A stretch of 64,000 nucleotides of DNA from Dehalococcoidia bacterium (GCA_034421135.1 DAOUKQ010000110.1:1104-65103); one strand, 5' to 3'. Shown: positions 45,488 to 57,583, counted from the first letter of the stretch. The notes: generated by a model from the letters alone, not told the origin. Program-made: numbers and translations.

Positions 45488-46747
45488 CTAGGTGAGGGCG
45501 TCGGCGATCGCGAGTTGGGCGATTCGTTCGTCGTCGTAACCGAGGATGTCTCGCAGCACCAGATCGTTGTCGCGGCCGATCGACGGGGCCGCTGAACGAT
45601 AGTCAGGCGGCGTCTGCGACATCTGACCCTTGGCTGCTTCGAAGGTGGTCGAGCCAAATTCCGGGTGTTCAATGCTCCGGAAGTGACGGCGATGCAGCAT
45701 CTGCGGATCGTTGGCCGCGGCGCCGCTGGTTGAGACCGCGTGAGCGGGTACGCCGAATGCTTGCAGCATGTACTCGACCTCGAGCGCACTGCGCTCAGCC
45801 GTCCACGCGGAGACGATCTCGTTGAGCTCGTCTTCATTGGACTTGCGAGCGTCAAGATCTGCGAAGCGATCATCGCATGTCAATGCGCCCATGCCCATGG
45901 CCGAGCAGAGGTTGGCCCAGTCCATGTCATTGCGAACTGCGATGGCGACCCAGTCGTCGTCTCCACTGGTCTGGTAGCAGCCATGAGGCGCCATATCGGG
46001 ATCGGCATTGCCGACGAGTTGAGGGACGCGCCCATTGATCGTGTAGTCGAGCAGGGCGGCGCTCATGAAGTGCAGCGACGACTCGGCCTGCGCCTGATCG
46101 ATGTACAGTCCTTCGCCGGTGCGGTCGCGGTGATCCAGCGCCGCAAGAATCGTCGGCAGCGAGAAGCGCGGGGAGAGATAGTCGGTGTAGGCGGAATAGG
46201 GACCGATCGGGGCCCCGCCGGGATTGCCCGCCAGCGCAATGTAGCCGCCAATCGCCGCGCCCATCGTGCCGAACCCGGCGACCCGTGAAAGCGGCCCTGC
46301 TTGTCCGAACAGGCAGGTCGAGAGCATGATCAGGTCCGGTTTGATCTCCTTCAGCGACTCGTAGTCCATTCCCCAGGCTCGCATCGCCCTGGGCGAGAAG
46401 GACTCGGTCAGTACGTCGCACCACTTGATCAGGTCGAGCAACACTTCCCGAGCCTCAGCCGTCGCCAGGTTGAGCGACAGGCCAAGCTTGTTGATGTTCA
46501 TGTTGCTGAACAGACCTGAGTGATCGGGGCCTTGCGCGTTGTTGTGGAACGGACCAATCCCTCTGGCGGTCTCGATCCGGTTGGCCGATTCGATCCGAAC
46601 GACCGTCGCACCGAAGTCGGCCATGGCGCGGGTCGCGGTCGGTCCGGCCACGACCCACATCAGGTCGAGCACCTTGACTCCAGCGAGCGCTCCCTCGGTC
46701 GGGATACCCGGAGTGTTCGGCAAAACCGCCGCACTTGTCGTCGCCAT
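45488..46747 (-). CDS. CoA-transferase family III (CaiB/BaiF) protein
   Basis: 419 aa with …VKVLDLMWVVAGPTATRAMADFGATVVRIE…. Confidence 0.9.
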   Translation of the reverse strand: MATTSAAVLPNTPGIPTEGALAGVKVLDLMWVVAGPTATRAMADFGATVVRIESANRIETARGIGPFHNNAQGPDHSGLFSNMNINKLGLSLNLATAEAREVLLDLIKWCDVLTESFSPRAMRAWGMDYESLKEIKPDLIMLSTCLFGQAGPLSRVAGFGTMGAAIGGYIALAGNPGGAPIGPYSAYTDYLSPRFSLPTILAALDHRDRTGEGLYIDQAQAESSLHFMSAALLDYTINGRVPQLVGNADPDMAPHGCYQTSGDDDWVAIAVRNDMDWANLCSAMGMGALTCDDRFADLDARKSNEDELNEIVSAWTAERSALEVEYMLQAFGVPAHAVSTSGAAANDPQMLHRRHFRSIEHPEFGSTTFEAAKGQMSQTPPDYRSAAPSIGRDNDLVLRDILGYDDERIAQLAIADALT

Positions 46748-47988
46748 CAGATCACTCCTCGCTCCTGCAGGTCGGCCAGGGCATCGCCGTCGAGTCCGAG
46801 CTCGGCGTAGACCTCGGCGTTGTGCTCGCCGATGTTGGGAGCACGCCGCCGATATTCGATCTGATTCGCTGACAGCTTGACGAATGGTCCGGGAAATCGC
46901 ACCGGCTCAGGCCAGGCGGGCATGTCATGTTCGCGCCAGAAGTCGCGTGCTTCGAACTGCTCGGAGTTGGCTACCTCGTCGACAGTGGTGACCGGGACGA
47001 TCAGCAGCGAGCGGGACTGCGCCTCGCTGAACAGCTCGTCCCGAGACCGCTTGCGCAGGAACTCGCCAACGACGCCCATGAGCCGATCCCACTCGGAGAG
47101 CGGGCGCTGGCCGGAGATGAACTCTGCGCCGAGTCCGATCCAGTCCAGGTCGCGATCCTCAATCGTGCATTCACCCTCGTCGTACATCCACTCGAATAGT
47201 CGCCGTGAGAACGGTCCGATTCCCGAACCGAACAGGAAGGTGAGCGAGATGTAGCCGTCGGCTGCCTCCCAGATGAGCTTGCCGGTGAATGGTCCAACGG
47301 CCATGCCGCCCGCGACCCGGGCCGTTTCGTTCGCTCCGATGGATGCGGCGAGGTTCGCCGACATCGACGCCGCGGCGACGGATTGCTGGGCCGAGATGTC
47401 AACGTGCTGGCCGCGACCAATGGTTCTGCGTGCGTAGAGCGCAATCATCGCCGCGCTTGCCGCCTCGCCGGATGCGTGGAACCAGGCTTGCGGCACCGAG
47501 ACTCGCACCGGGGCTTCCCCGGCGCCACCGGAGAGAATCAGCGGTCCGCCGGCAGCCATCAGGATCAGGTCCGTGGCCTCGTATGAAGCCTTGGGACCCG
47601 ACTGCCCGAATGCCGAGATCGAGGTGTAGATCAGATTCTCATTGATACCTGAGAGGTCCTCGTAACCGAGACCTCGCGCAGTCATCGTTCCGGGACTGTC
47701 CGACTCAAGGATGAAGTCTGCGTTCGCGGCGAGCTTGCGAATCAGGTCCTGGCCATCGGAGTGGTCGAGGTTGCAGGTGACGCCTCGCTTGTTGCGCGCG
47801 TACGCCCACCAATAGAGCGAGCGGTCGGGACCAGGGTCGTCGCCGGCGAACGGTCCAACCGAGCGGGCGGATGAGCCCTCAGGCGGCTCGACGCAGATCA
47901 CATCCGCGCCGAGGTCGGCAAGGATCTGGCCTGCCAACATGCCTCGCTGATCGGTCAAATCCAGCACGCGATACGGAGTCAACAACAT
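46747..47988 (-). CDS. CoA-transferase family III (CaiB/BaiF) protein
   Basis: 413 aa with …YRVLDLTDQRGMLAGQILADLGADVICVE… Its stop abuts the downstream paralogue start. Confidence 0.9.
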   Translation of the reverse strand: MLLTPYRVLDLTDQRGMLAGQILADLGADVICVEPPEGSSARSVGPFAGDDPGPDRSLYWWAYARNKRGVTCNLDHSDGQDLIRKLAANADFILESDSPGTMTARGLGYEDLSGINENLIYTSISAFGQSGPKASYEATDLILMAAGGPLILSGGAGEAPVRVSVPQAWFHASGEAASAAMIALYARRTIGRGQHVDISAQQSVAAASMSANLAASIGANETARVAGGMAVGPFTGKLIWEAADGYISLTFLFGSGIGPFSRRLFEWMYDEGECTIEDRDLDWIGLGAEFISGQRPLSEWDRLMGVVGEFLRKRSRDELFSEAQSRSLLIVPVTTVDEVANSEQFEARDFWREHDMPAWPEPVRFPGPFVKLSANQIEYRRRAPNIGEHNAEVYAELGLDGDALADLQERGVI

Positions 47989-48081
47989 CGGCCAACGCTC
48001 CTCCCGCTCAGCGATTGAAGGGTATCGTAAGCGGAGCGGACGCTCGGCGGATTATCGCTAGACTGTCACAGAAAACCGACC

Positions 48082-48354
48082 ATGACCACCACAGAACCGA
48101 CCTACAAGACCTCGCCGCCCACCTACCTGACCGACGAGTATGAGATCGTCAAAGACGGGCGCACCTACCTGTGCCAGCAGGTGGAGTACTACGGGGACGT
48201 CTACGAGATGTGCCGCGAGGTCGATCCCAAGGAATCGTTCTGGGAGCGGACGTTCCGAGGCAAGGGAATCGGACCGGGCGATGCTGGCTACGACGAGTTG
48301 GTCGCGTACTTGGACCACTTCCTGATTCCTCGCGATCAAGTCGAATCTGAATGA
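48082..48354 (+). CDS. putative antitoxin partner of PIN toxin
   Basis: 90 aa. Its stop overlaps the PIN start (ATGA). Its C-terminal …ELVAYLDHFL… is related to that of 44831..45049. Confidence 0.5.
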   Translation: MTTTEPTYKTSPPTYLTDEYEIVKDGRTYLCQQVEYYGDVYEMCREVDPKESFWERTFRGKGIGPGDAGYDELVAYLDHFLIPRDQVESE

Positions 48355-48782
48355 AGTCACGGGAATCCCTGTTTGTCGACACCGTTCATCTGATTGGACT
48401 CTTTCTTGTCGATGACCATTGGCACCGTGCAGCTGTCGCCGCCGAAGCGGATGCTGGTCAGAGGCCGAGGTTCACGAGTCACGGGGTGTTTCAAGAGTTT
48501 CTCGCCCACGTTTCGCGCTTTGGCGAGCGTGCAAGATCCGAGGCCATAGCAGCCGTTCGCAGCATGCAGCGGAGCGAGTCCGTCTTCGTCATTGCTCATC
48601 GTCGGGAACTGGTAGAAGCCGCCATCGACCTCTACGACTGCGAGTTCCGCTACACCTCGCTGAGCCTTCAGGACTGCGTCGCCATCCAGATCATGCGCGA
48701 CTTCGGCATCACGGAGATCCTTACCGCAGACCAGGAGTTCGCGCTCGCCGGGGTGACGCCACTGCTCCGCCGCTTTGCCTGA
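48351..48782 (+). CDS. PIN-domain protein (VapC-like toxin)
   Basis: …LFVDTVHLIGL…LQDCVAIQIMRDFGITEILTADQEF…. Confidence 0.75.
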   Translation: MKSRESLFVDTVHLIGLFLVDDHWHRAAVAAEADAGQRPRFTSHGVFQEFLAHVSRFGERARSEAIAAVRSMQRSESVFVIAHRRELVEAAIDLYDCEFRYTSLSLQDCVAIQIMRDFGITEILTADQEFALAGVTPLLRRFA

Positions 48783-48788
48783 GCTGGT

Positions 48789-49859
48789 TCACTGCAGTGC
48801 GCCTGAGCCGCTGATTTCCCACTCCTCTTCGACCTCGCCTGCTCGATGCGCAACGAGCGTGCGATGCAGCAGCACGGTGCTGTCGGAGTAGTGCGGGACG
48901 AGTTCGATTCGGTCGCCGATCCCCAACGAGTCGCCATCGTCCCGGGCGAGATGCGTGTGTTCGGCGCTGAGGCCGACGCAACGCCATCCGGCGGGATTGA
49001 CGACGGCAGGGAGTCCCGTATGGCGGCCCGTTGCCTTCCAGCCGGCGTCACCGGCGGCACGGTCGGGATTGACCGCGGAGACGACCTGGCAGACGAGGCT
49101 GAGCGCTTGCCGATGTCCGGCGACTCCCATCTGTTCGTAGGTCAAATCCATTAGTGCGGCGCCTCCCGCCTGCAGTTCGCTCAATATTCCCTGCTTGAGC
49201 ACGTAGCGGTAGTTGCCGCTCCCGCCTCCTGACAGCACGCCGATCTCGTGTCCGTCTTCCAAACAGAGTTGTCGCGCCTTCGCGATGATCGATGCGGATT
49301 CACCGGTTTCCCGTTCCTTTTCCTCGTCCGGCAGACCCATCACGTGCCCTTCGTACCCCATCAGACCGCGCAGCCGCACGCCCGGCAGATCGGAGATCAA
49401 GGCGCAGAGCGCCGGGGCTGCTTCCGGGTTGACGCCGCAGCGGTGCAGGTTGACGTCGATGTCGACCAGCAGGTCGATGGTGACTCCGGCCGAATCAGCG
49501 GCAGCGGAGATCTCACGGATGTTGGCTGGGTCGTCGACGGCGACGCACAGGGTGGCCAGGTTGGCCACTTCGACGAGTCGCGCCACCTTTGTCTCACCGA
49601 CGACCTCGTTCGCGATCAGAATGTCGTTGACGCCGCCTTGCGCCATGACCAGCGCCTCCGATGCTTTGGCACAGGTCACGCCGACGGCTCCGGCCTCGAT
49701 CAGCCGGAGCGCCATCGCGGGCGACTTGCAGGCTTTGACGTGCGGTCGCCAGCTGATGCCCGCTTCGGCGGATCGTTCAGCCATCAGTTTCGCGTTGTGG
49801 TCCAGCGCGTCGAGATCGACGAGCAGCGCCGGCGTGTCCAGTTCCCAGATCGAGGTCAT
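48789..49859 (-). CDS. alanine-racemase-domain PLP enzyme (D-serine dehydratase-like / D-threonine aldolase family)
   Basis: 356 aa. N-terminal …LLVDLDALDHNAKLM…HVKACKSP… is the PLP-Lys pattern of the DSD1/alanine-racemase N-domain family. Confidence 0.8.
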   Translation of the reverse strand: MTSIWELDTPALLVDLDALDHNAKLMAERSAEAGISWRPHVKACKSPAMALRLIEAGAVGVTCAKASEALVMAQGGVNDILIANEVVGETKVARLVEVANLATLCVAVDDPANIREISAAADSAGVTIDLLVDIDVNLHRCGVNPEAAPALCALISDLPGVRLRGLMGYEGHVMGLPDEEKERETGESASIIAKARQLCLEDGHEIGVLSGGGSGNYRYVLKQGILSELQAGGAALMDLTYEQMGVAGHRQALSLVCQVVSAVNPDRAAGDAGWKATGRHTGLPAVVNPAGWRCVGLSAEHTHLARDDGDSLGIGDRIELVPHYSDSTVLLHRTLVAHRAGEVEEEWEISGSGALQ

Positions 49860-49920
49860 AGCATGCTCCCAGAGAACGCGTCATGTCGAAGACACAGGAA
49901 TCCTAGCGAAACGCCGACCG

Positions 49921-50691
49921 ATGCCCTTCACCGAGATCAACGGCCTCCAACTCTTCTACCACGAGCAGGGTTCGGACGAGCCCGATGCGCCGACCATCGT
50001 CTTCGTCCACGGCACCCAGGGCAACGCATCGCTGTGGGCCGACTTGATTGACGTGTTGTCGGACCGGTTCCGTTGCGCGGCGCTCAATCATCGCGGGCGT
50101 GCGCCGTCGGAGGCGCCCGATAACCCGACGCTCTACAGCATCGAACAGTTCGCTGATGATCAGGCCGCATTCATCGAGCAGCGCGGATACCGCAACATCA
50201 CCATGATGGGCTGGTCGCTCGGCGTCCGGACGACGCTGGCGTATCTGGATCGCCATGGATCGGATCGGGTGGCGCAGGCGATCCTCGTCGGAGGTCCGCC
50301 GTCGCCGAACTTTGGCGGACAGCCGCTGACGCCGCCGAACCAGGATGCGCCGTCGCGGAAAGTCTGGGGCCAGGAGTTCCGGCCCTCGACCGAGGCCTGC
50401 TGGGAGGGATCGCAGGCGTCTCGCGCTACTTGCGACCTGGAATCCACACTCGCGGCCATCGACATTCCGGTCGCGATCTTTCACGGTCGCAACGACCCAA
50501 TCGCGCCGCACGCGGCGGCGGAGTTCATGGCCCGGGAGATTCCGAACGCGACGCTGAGATCGTTTGAGGTCTCGGGCCACGCGCCGCTGATCACTGAACC
50601 GGGCCGATTCGCCTACGAGACCGCCGCGTTCATCCAGCGTTGCCAAGAAGCGCGACAGGAAGCGCGACAGTCTGCCGCCACTCAGACCTGA
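49921..50691 (+). CDS. alpha/beta hydrolase fold protein
   Basis: Trimmed to MPFTEINGLQLFYHEQG…VFVHG…MGWSLG… The ORF-track N-terminal extension runs antisense to the neighbouring gene. Confidence 0.8.
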   Translation: MPFTEINGLQLFYHEQGSDEPDAPTIVFVHGTQGNASLWADLIDVLSDRFRCAALNHRGRAPSEAPDNPTLYSIEQFADDQAAFIEQRGYRNITMMGWSLGVRTTLAYLDRHGSDRVAQAILVGGPPSPNFGGQPLTPPNQDAPSRKVWGQEFRPSTEACWEGSQASRATCDLESTLAAIDIPVAIFHGRNDPIAPHAAAEFMAREIPNATLRSFEVSGHAPLITEPGRFAYETAAFIQRCQEARQEARQSAATQT

Positions 50692-50728
50692 TACGCGAAC
50701 GGATCCGCAAGCACAGCGCCATGAACTC

Positions 50729-50894
50729 GTCATTGCCGCGCTCGTCGCGGCAATCTCGCCGCCTCACAGGGCGCTTCACGAACCCGAGAGTGAGTGATCG
50801 ACCCTGGCTCGTCATTCCCGGCTTCAGCCGGGAATCTCGGTCTACCGGGTGTGCCAAGTTGAGGGACGAGATTCCAGGCTCTGCCTGGAATGAC
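50729..50894. repeat. REP-like hairpin trio
   Basis: Three 9-bp-stem hairpins at 50729-58, 50811-39 and 50867-94 (sequences given in the finding below). The third is in inverted orientation. Confidence 0.5.
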
Positions 50895-51048
50895 GGGATT
50901 CGGGGGGCAGAAGTTGCTCAGCGTCCTGGCTCGAAATCCTGGGCGCTCAGGCAAGACGCGGGCACTGGCGACGCGCGGCACTCCGAGGGGCCACGCTTCG
51001 TATCGCCGAACGACCGCGATGATACGCTGACTTGACCGTGCGTCATGA

Positions 51049-53289
<2,241 letters not shown>

Positions 53290-53302
53290 TCAGCGCCGCC
53301 TG

Positions 53303-53490
53303 TCCCCTCTCCCAGAGGAGACCTGCGCCCAATCCCATTCCGGTCCCCTCTCCCTGCGGGAGAGGGTTAGGGCCCTCTGCGGTCCAGATGACTACGATGA
53401 CCAGATAGCGAGCGCCGCGCCGGACCCTCACCCCAGCCCTCTCCCAGAGGGAGAGGGAGTAAGGCCCCAAAGGTTTACGCGCCGGTCTCC
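53303..53490. repeat. MITE-like nested-palindrome repeat (copy E)
   Basis: ggagacctgcgc…cccctctccctgcgggagagggttaggg…gatgaccagatag…ccggaccctcaccccagccctctcccagagggagaggg…ggtttacgcgccggtctcc. About 85% identical to copy A. Confidence 0.6.
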
Positions 53491-53506
53491 AGGCGGAGTT
53501 CTCGTG

Positions 53507-54385
53507 TCAGTCCACGACTAGCGGCAGCGACTCGTCGGCGGCGTATTCGGACATGGATGCGTCGTAGACCGCGACGTTTTCGTAGCCGAGCAGGCTGAGG
53601 ACCAGTGCGTCGTTGGAAGCGGCAATGCCTCCGCCGCAGTAAGTGACGACTCGCTGCGATTTGTCGGGCGCGACCTGGGCGAAGAGGTCGCCGAGTTCGT
53701 CGGCTGGTCGGTAGAGGCCGGTGTCGGGGTCGATCAGCTCCATTGCCGGGACGTTGGTCGAGCCGGGGATGTGTCCGGCGCGACCGTAGGTGCGGCCTTC
53801 GTCCGCGCCTGAGTGCTGGTCGCGACCCAGGGCATTGATCAAGCAGCTTCCGCCCGATTCCACGAATGCCTTGACCTCGGCGAGATCAGCAAAGCGATCG
53901 AGATCGGCTGATGGTGTGAAGGTGGTTGAGGCGTAGGTCGCCTCGTCGGTTGATGTCGGCCGGCCCTCATCGCTCCAGCGACGCCAGCCGCCGTCGAGGA
54001 CTGCAGCGTGCTTGCAGCCCATCGACTGGAACATCCACCAGAGACGCGCGGCCCACATTGAACCGAGGCGGTCGTAGAGGATCAGCTTCGAGTCTTCGGA
54101 GATGCCGTGCCGACCGGCGGCTTCGGCGAATGCGTCGGCCGAGGGCATCATGAAGCGCAGTCGCTGACTGTTGTCCGAGAAATCGGCCTGCAGGTCGAGG
54201 TAGCCGGCGCCGGGAATGTGGCCCGTGTCGTACTCGGCGCGCCCCGATTCGACGCGGTAGCCGCCGCCGTCGCGCGGGCGCAGGAAGACGGTCGATTCGA
54301 AGACGCGGACATCGTCGTCGTTGAGGTGTTCCGCCAGCCAGTCGGTCGTGACGAGATACTCGGGATGGGCGAAGGTCATGTTCAA
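53507..54385 (-). CDS. rhodanese-domain sulfurtransferase (thiosulfate/3-mercaptopyruvate sulfurtransferase-like)
   Basis: 292 aa with two rhodanese modules and the active-site loop …VTYCGGGIAAS…. Confidence 0.85.
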   Translation of the reverse strand: MNMTFAHPEYLVTTDWLAEHLNDDDVRVFESTVFLRPRDGGGYRVESGRAEYDTGHIPGAGYLDLQADFSDNSQRLRFMMPSADAFAEAAGRHGISEDSKLILYDRLGSMWAARLWWMFQSMGCKHAAVLDGGWRRWSDEGRPTSTDEATYASTTFTPSADLDRFADLAEVKAFVESGGSCLINALGRDQHSGADEGRTYGRAGHIPGSTNVPAMELIDPDTGLYRPADELGDLFAQVAPDKSQRVVTYCGGGIAASNDALVLSLLGYENVAVYDASMSEYAADESLPLVVD

Positions 54386-54551
54386 CTCCAGTTGGGTGTC
54401 ATCCGGTTTCCTACTCGGTCAGGCTAATCAAGTGGCGCGATAGACTGCGCGTATGCGCGTCACTTGGCGCGGATGTTCCTCCGTACGACCCGTTGGATTG
54501 CTTCCTGTGGCATACCTCAACACTTTCGCTCCGACCGCCGACGCCGTCGAC

Positions 54552-55460
54552 ATGACCCAGACCGACGAGTTTGCGTCGCTCTGCGAGTCAGCGGCCGACC
54601 TCGGCATTTCGCACGCCGACCAGATTCGCTACGTCTCGCGCAACACCGTGATCAACCACCTGCGATTGCACGTGCTGGAGTGGGGCGACCCGGCCAATCC
54701 CACGATTCTGATGTTGCACGGCGGCAATCAGTCGGCGCATAGCTGGGACCTGGTCGCGCTGCATCTGGCCGACCGATTTCACATCGTCGCGCCCGACCAG
54801 CGCGGTCACGGCGACTCGGAATGGGCGCGGGACGCCGACTACGGCCCCGATCAGATGGCCTCGGACGCGCTGCAACTCATCCACGAGGATGGTCTCGACC
54901 GGCCCATCGTGATGGGACACTCGATGGGTGGCATGGTGACGATGCGGCTCACGTCGAGAGAGCCGTCGTTGCCGCGAGCCGTGGTGCTGGTCGATGTCGG
55001 GCCCGAAGTGTCGCAACGCGGCGCGGAGCAGATTCGCAACTTCGTGGTGCGCAACGTCGAGTTCGAGCACCTGGACGAATTCATCGACCGGGTCGCGGCA
55101 TACGACCCCTTCCGCTCGCGCGAGCACATGGAGCGCACGGCGCGCTACAACCTCGTTCACCGTTCGGACGGCAAGTACGTCGCCAAGTCGGACCGCATCC
55201 TTCACGATCCGGGATTCCGCCGGCCGGCGGCGGATCGGCGAGACGTGGCCGACGGGTTCCATGAGTTCGGCGGCCCCACGCTGCTGGTGCGGGGCGAATC
55301 GAGCAACATTTTGCAGGCCGGCGCAGCCCAACGATTCGTCGACGAGCTGCCCAACGCACGGCTGGTCGAAGTGCCCGATTGCGGACACAATGTGCACTCC
55401 CAGAACACGCCGGGATTCATCGAGGCCGTGTCGGGTTTCCTGTCGACCGCTGTTACATAG
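54552..55460 (+). CDS. alpha/beta hydrolase fold protein
   Basis: Trimmed to MTQTDEF… with …LMLHGGNQ…GHSMGG… The C-terminal His is in …CGHNVH…. Confidence 0.8.
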   Translation: MTQTDEFASLCESAADLGISHADQIRYVSRNTVINHLRLHVLEWGDPANPTILMLHGGNQSAHSWDLVALHLADRFHIVAPDQRGHGDSEWARDADYGPDQMASDALQLIHEDGLDRPIVMGHSMGGMVTMRLTSREPSLPRAVVLVDVGPEVSQRGAEQIRNFVVRNVEFEHLDEFIDRVAAYDPFRSREHMERTARYNLVHRSDGKYVAKSDRILHDPGFRRPAADRRDVADGFHEFGGPTLLVRGESSNILQAGAAQRFVDELPNARLVEVPDCGHNVHSQNTPGFIEAVSGFLSTAVT

Positions 55461-55481
55461 GAACTGGCGTAGGATCGAGTT

Positions 55482-56150
55482 ATGGCTGATCAATACGTCG
55501 CACGGGATCGCGAGACCGGCTTCGAAGTCACCGTCACGGGCGAGTTTCCCGAGCATCCCGACGACCGCATGCGGATCGCTCGTACGACCACGTTGTTCAC
55601 CAAGCTGATGTCCACGCTGCTGCAGCGCGACGAGTCGCAGCGGCGGATGGGGTTTCGCGCAATCGAGACGCAGCTCGAAATCGCCGACGCACTGATCCGG
55701 CAGGATCACGCCGAGGTCCAGCGTCTCGTCCGCGAGACACTGACGTCGATGGGCGTCAGCGAAGACCAACTGCGCGAAATGGCGCAACGCCTCGCGGAGG
55801 CCAGCGGGCTCGACCCGCGGGTCGCGCAAGAGTTGTCCCGCGCCTTCGGGTTCGATCCGGAAACCGACCCACTCATCGATCCTGAGCAGCCCGAGGTGCT
55901 GGAAGCGTCGGCCTCACAAGCCGATCCGAAGGATGAGCCGCTCAACCCGCAGATTCTGCAGCAACTGGATCAACTGCTCGCCGAAGCCGAGCAGTTGATG
56001 GACGAGATGGACGATGCGGGCAAGCTGCAGGAGGACTCAAAAGCAGACGCAGATCAGCGGAATCAAGACGCGCTCGATAGCGCCGGAGAAACCGGCGATA
56101 CTACGGATCAATCGGACAGCGAACACGATCAGAGAGGATCGGCAACATGA
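55482..56150 (+). CDS. acidic hypothetical protein
   Basis: 222 aa with a Glu/Asp/Gln-rich C-terminus. Its stop overlaps the next start (ATGA). Confidence 0.55.
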   Translation: MADQYVARDRETGFEVTVTGEFPEHPDDRMRIARTTTLFTKLMSTLLQRDESQRRMGFRAIETQLEIADALIRQDHAEVQRLVRETLTSMGVSEDQLREMAQRLAEASGLDPRVAQELSRAFGFDPETDPLIDPEQPEVLEASASQADPKDEPLNPQILQQLDQLLAEAEQLMDEMDDAGKLQEDSKADADQRNQDALDSAGETGDTTDQSDSEHDQRGSAT

Positions 56151-56683
56151 GCAATTCGGCAGTTGGCTACATCAAGGACATGCTCAGCTTCATTCACGGC
56201 GGCTTCCGCGACGCGCGCACCGGCCAGACCGCGGAGCAGTTGCACTTTGTGCCCGACGGCGAATCGCACTCGGTCGCCTGGGTGCTCTGGCACGCCGCGC
56301 GCGTTGAGGACCTGCTGGTCCAGGGCGCGTGGCAGGGCAAGAACGAGATCTGGCGCGAAGGCGAATGGGCCGAAAAGACCGGACTGCCCGAGCGCGGGTT
56401 CGGCACCGGTCAGTCGACCGAGGAAGCGTCGGCGGTCGCCATTGGCGACATGGACCAGTTCTGGGCCTACCAGGACGCGGTCAACGAGGCGACGCACGCG
56501 TTCCTCGACTCGCTCAGCGACGACGACCTCTCGCGTGAAATCAAGCTGGGCGAGCGCACGGAGACGCTGGGCGAATCGATCACGCTGCACCTCTGCACGC
56601 ACCTCAACGGTCATCGCGGCGAGATCAACCTGATCCGCGGCATGCACGGGCTCGACCCCGTGCGTCCGAACATGGGCGGCTAG
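56147..56683 (+). CDS. DinB-family protein
   Basis: 178 aa with …WVLWHAARVED…LCTHLNGHRGEI…, a DinB_2-like His triad. Confidence 0.8.
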   Translation: MSNSAVGYIKDMLSFIHGGFRDARTGQTAEQLHFVPDGESHSVAWVLWHAARVEDLLVQGAWQGKNEIWREGEWAEKTGLPERGFGTGQSTEEASAVAIGDMDQFWAYQDAVNEATHAFLDSLSDDDLSREIKLGERTETLGESITLHLCTHLNGHRGEINLIRGMHGLDPVRPNMGG

Positions 56684-56701
56684 GCGAACGGGAGCCGGGC
56701 T

Positions 56702-57583
56702 ATGCACGTTGTCATCACCGGTGCGAGCGGATTGGTCGGCGGTGCGTTGATCACCGAGCTTCGCCGACGCGGCGTCAACGTGACCGCGGTCTCGCGCAAT
56801 CCACGCGCCCACACCGCGCTGTCGGGCGTGACCTGGACCGGTTGGGACGGCCTGACCGACGCCGTCTCGGGCGCGGCGGGCGTCGTCCACCTGGCCGGAG
56901 AGGGCATCGTCGATCAGCGCTGGTCAAGCGAACGCAAGGCCGCTCTGCGATCCAGCCGGGTCGACACCACGCGCCAGGTCGTCCAGGCGATCCAGGAGGC
57001 GGGCGAGAAGCCCGGCGTCCTGGTCAGCGCCTCGGCGATTGGTTACTACGGCAACCAGGTCGAGCGGGAGTCGACCGAGTCCGCGCCCGCTGGCGATGAC
57101 TTCCTGGCCCACCTCTGCGTCGATTGGGAGGCGGAGACCCAGGGCTCCGGCGTGCGCACGGTGACACCCCGGATCGGAGTCATCCTGGCCAACGAAGGCG
57201 GCGCGCTGCCGCGTCTGTTGTTCCCGTTCCGGCTCGGCCTCGGCGGACCGATTGGCCTCGGACGCTCCTGGTGGAGTTGGATTCACATTGACGATGTCGT
57301 CGGCGCAATCATCCATGCGTTGGAGAACGCCGGCGTTGAGGGCGCGATCAACCTGACGGCGCCCAATCCGGTGCGCAACAGCGACTTCTCCAGGTCGCTG
57401 GGACGAGCCGTACGCCGCCCCGCGTTGATGCCGGTGCCGCCGCTGGCGCTCAAGCTGATGCTGGGCGAAGGCGCGAGCGTCCTGCTGGCGTCACAGCGCA
57501 TCCTGCCGACGCGCACACTTGACCTCGGCTATCGGTTCAAGTTCACCGACATCGACGCCGCCCTCGACGACCTGGTTGGCTAA
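56702..57583 (+). CDS. TIGR01777/YfcH-type epimerase-family protein (NAD-binding Rossmann plus DUF1731 C-terminus)
   Basis: MHVVITGASGLVGGAL… 293 aa with the YfcH-like architecture. Confidence 0.85.
   Translation: MHVVITGASGLVGGALITELRRRGVNVTAVSRNPRAHTALSGVTWTGWDGLTDAVSGAAGVVHLAGEGIVDQRWSSERKAALRSSRVDTTRQVVQAIQEAGEKPGVLVSASAIGYYGNQVERESTESAPAGDDFLAHLCVDWEAETQGSGVRTVTPRIGVILANEGGALPRLLFPFRLGLGGPIGLGRSWWSWIHIDDVVGAIIHALENAGVEGAINLTAPNPVRNSDFSRSLGRAVRRPALMPVPPLALKLMLGEGASVLLASQRILPTRTLDLGYRFKFTDIDAALDDLVG

Noticed and set aside
49213-50691. 492-aa ORF-track version of the alpha/beta-hydrolase gene
   Set aside because: The N-terminal ~236 codons run antisense across the DSD1-like PLP enzyme gene (48789..49859) with Ser/Ala/Arg-rich composition. 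The hydrolase fold starts at the Met at 49921.
50729-50894. Possible CRISPR array (three ~29-bp palindromic repeats)
   Set aside because: Spacer lengths are irregular (52 and 27 nt), the third unit is inverted, and the repeat sequences differ at several stem positions. These are REP/BIME-like hairpins.
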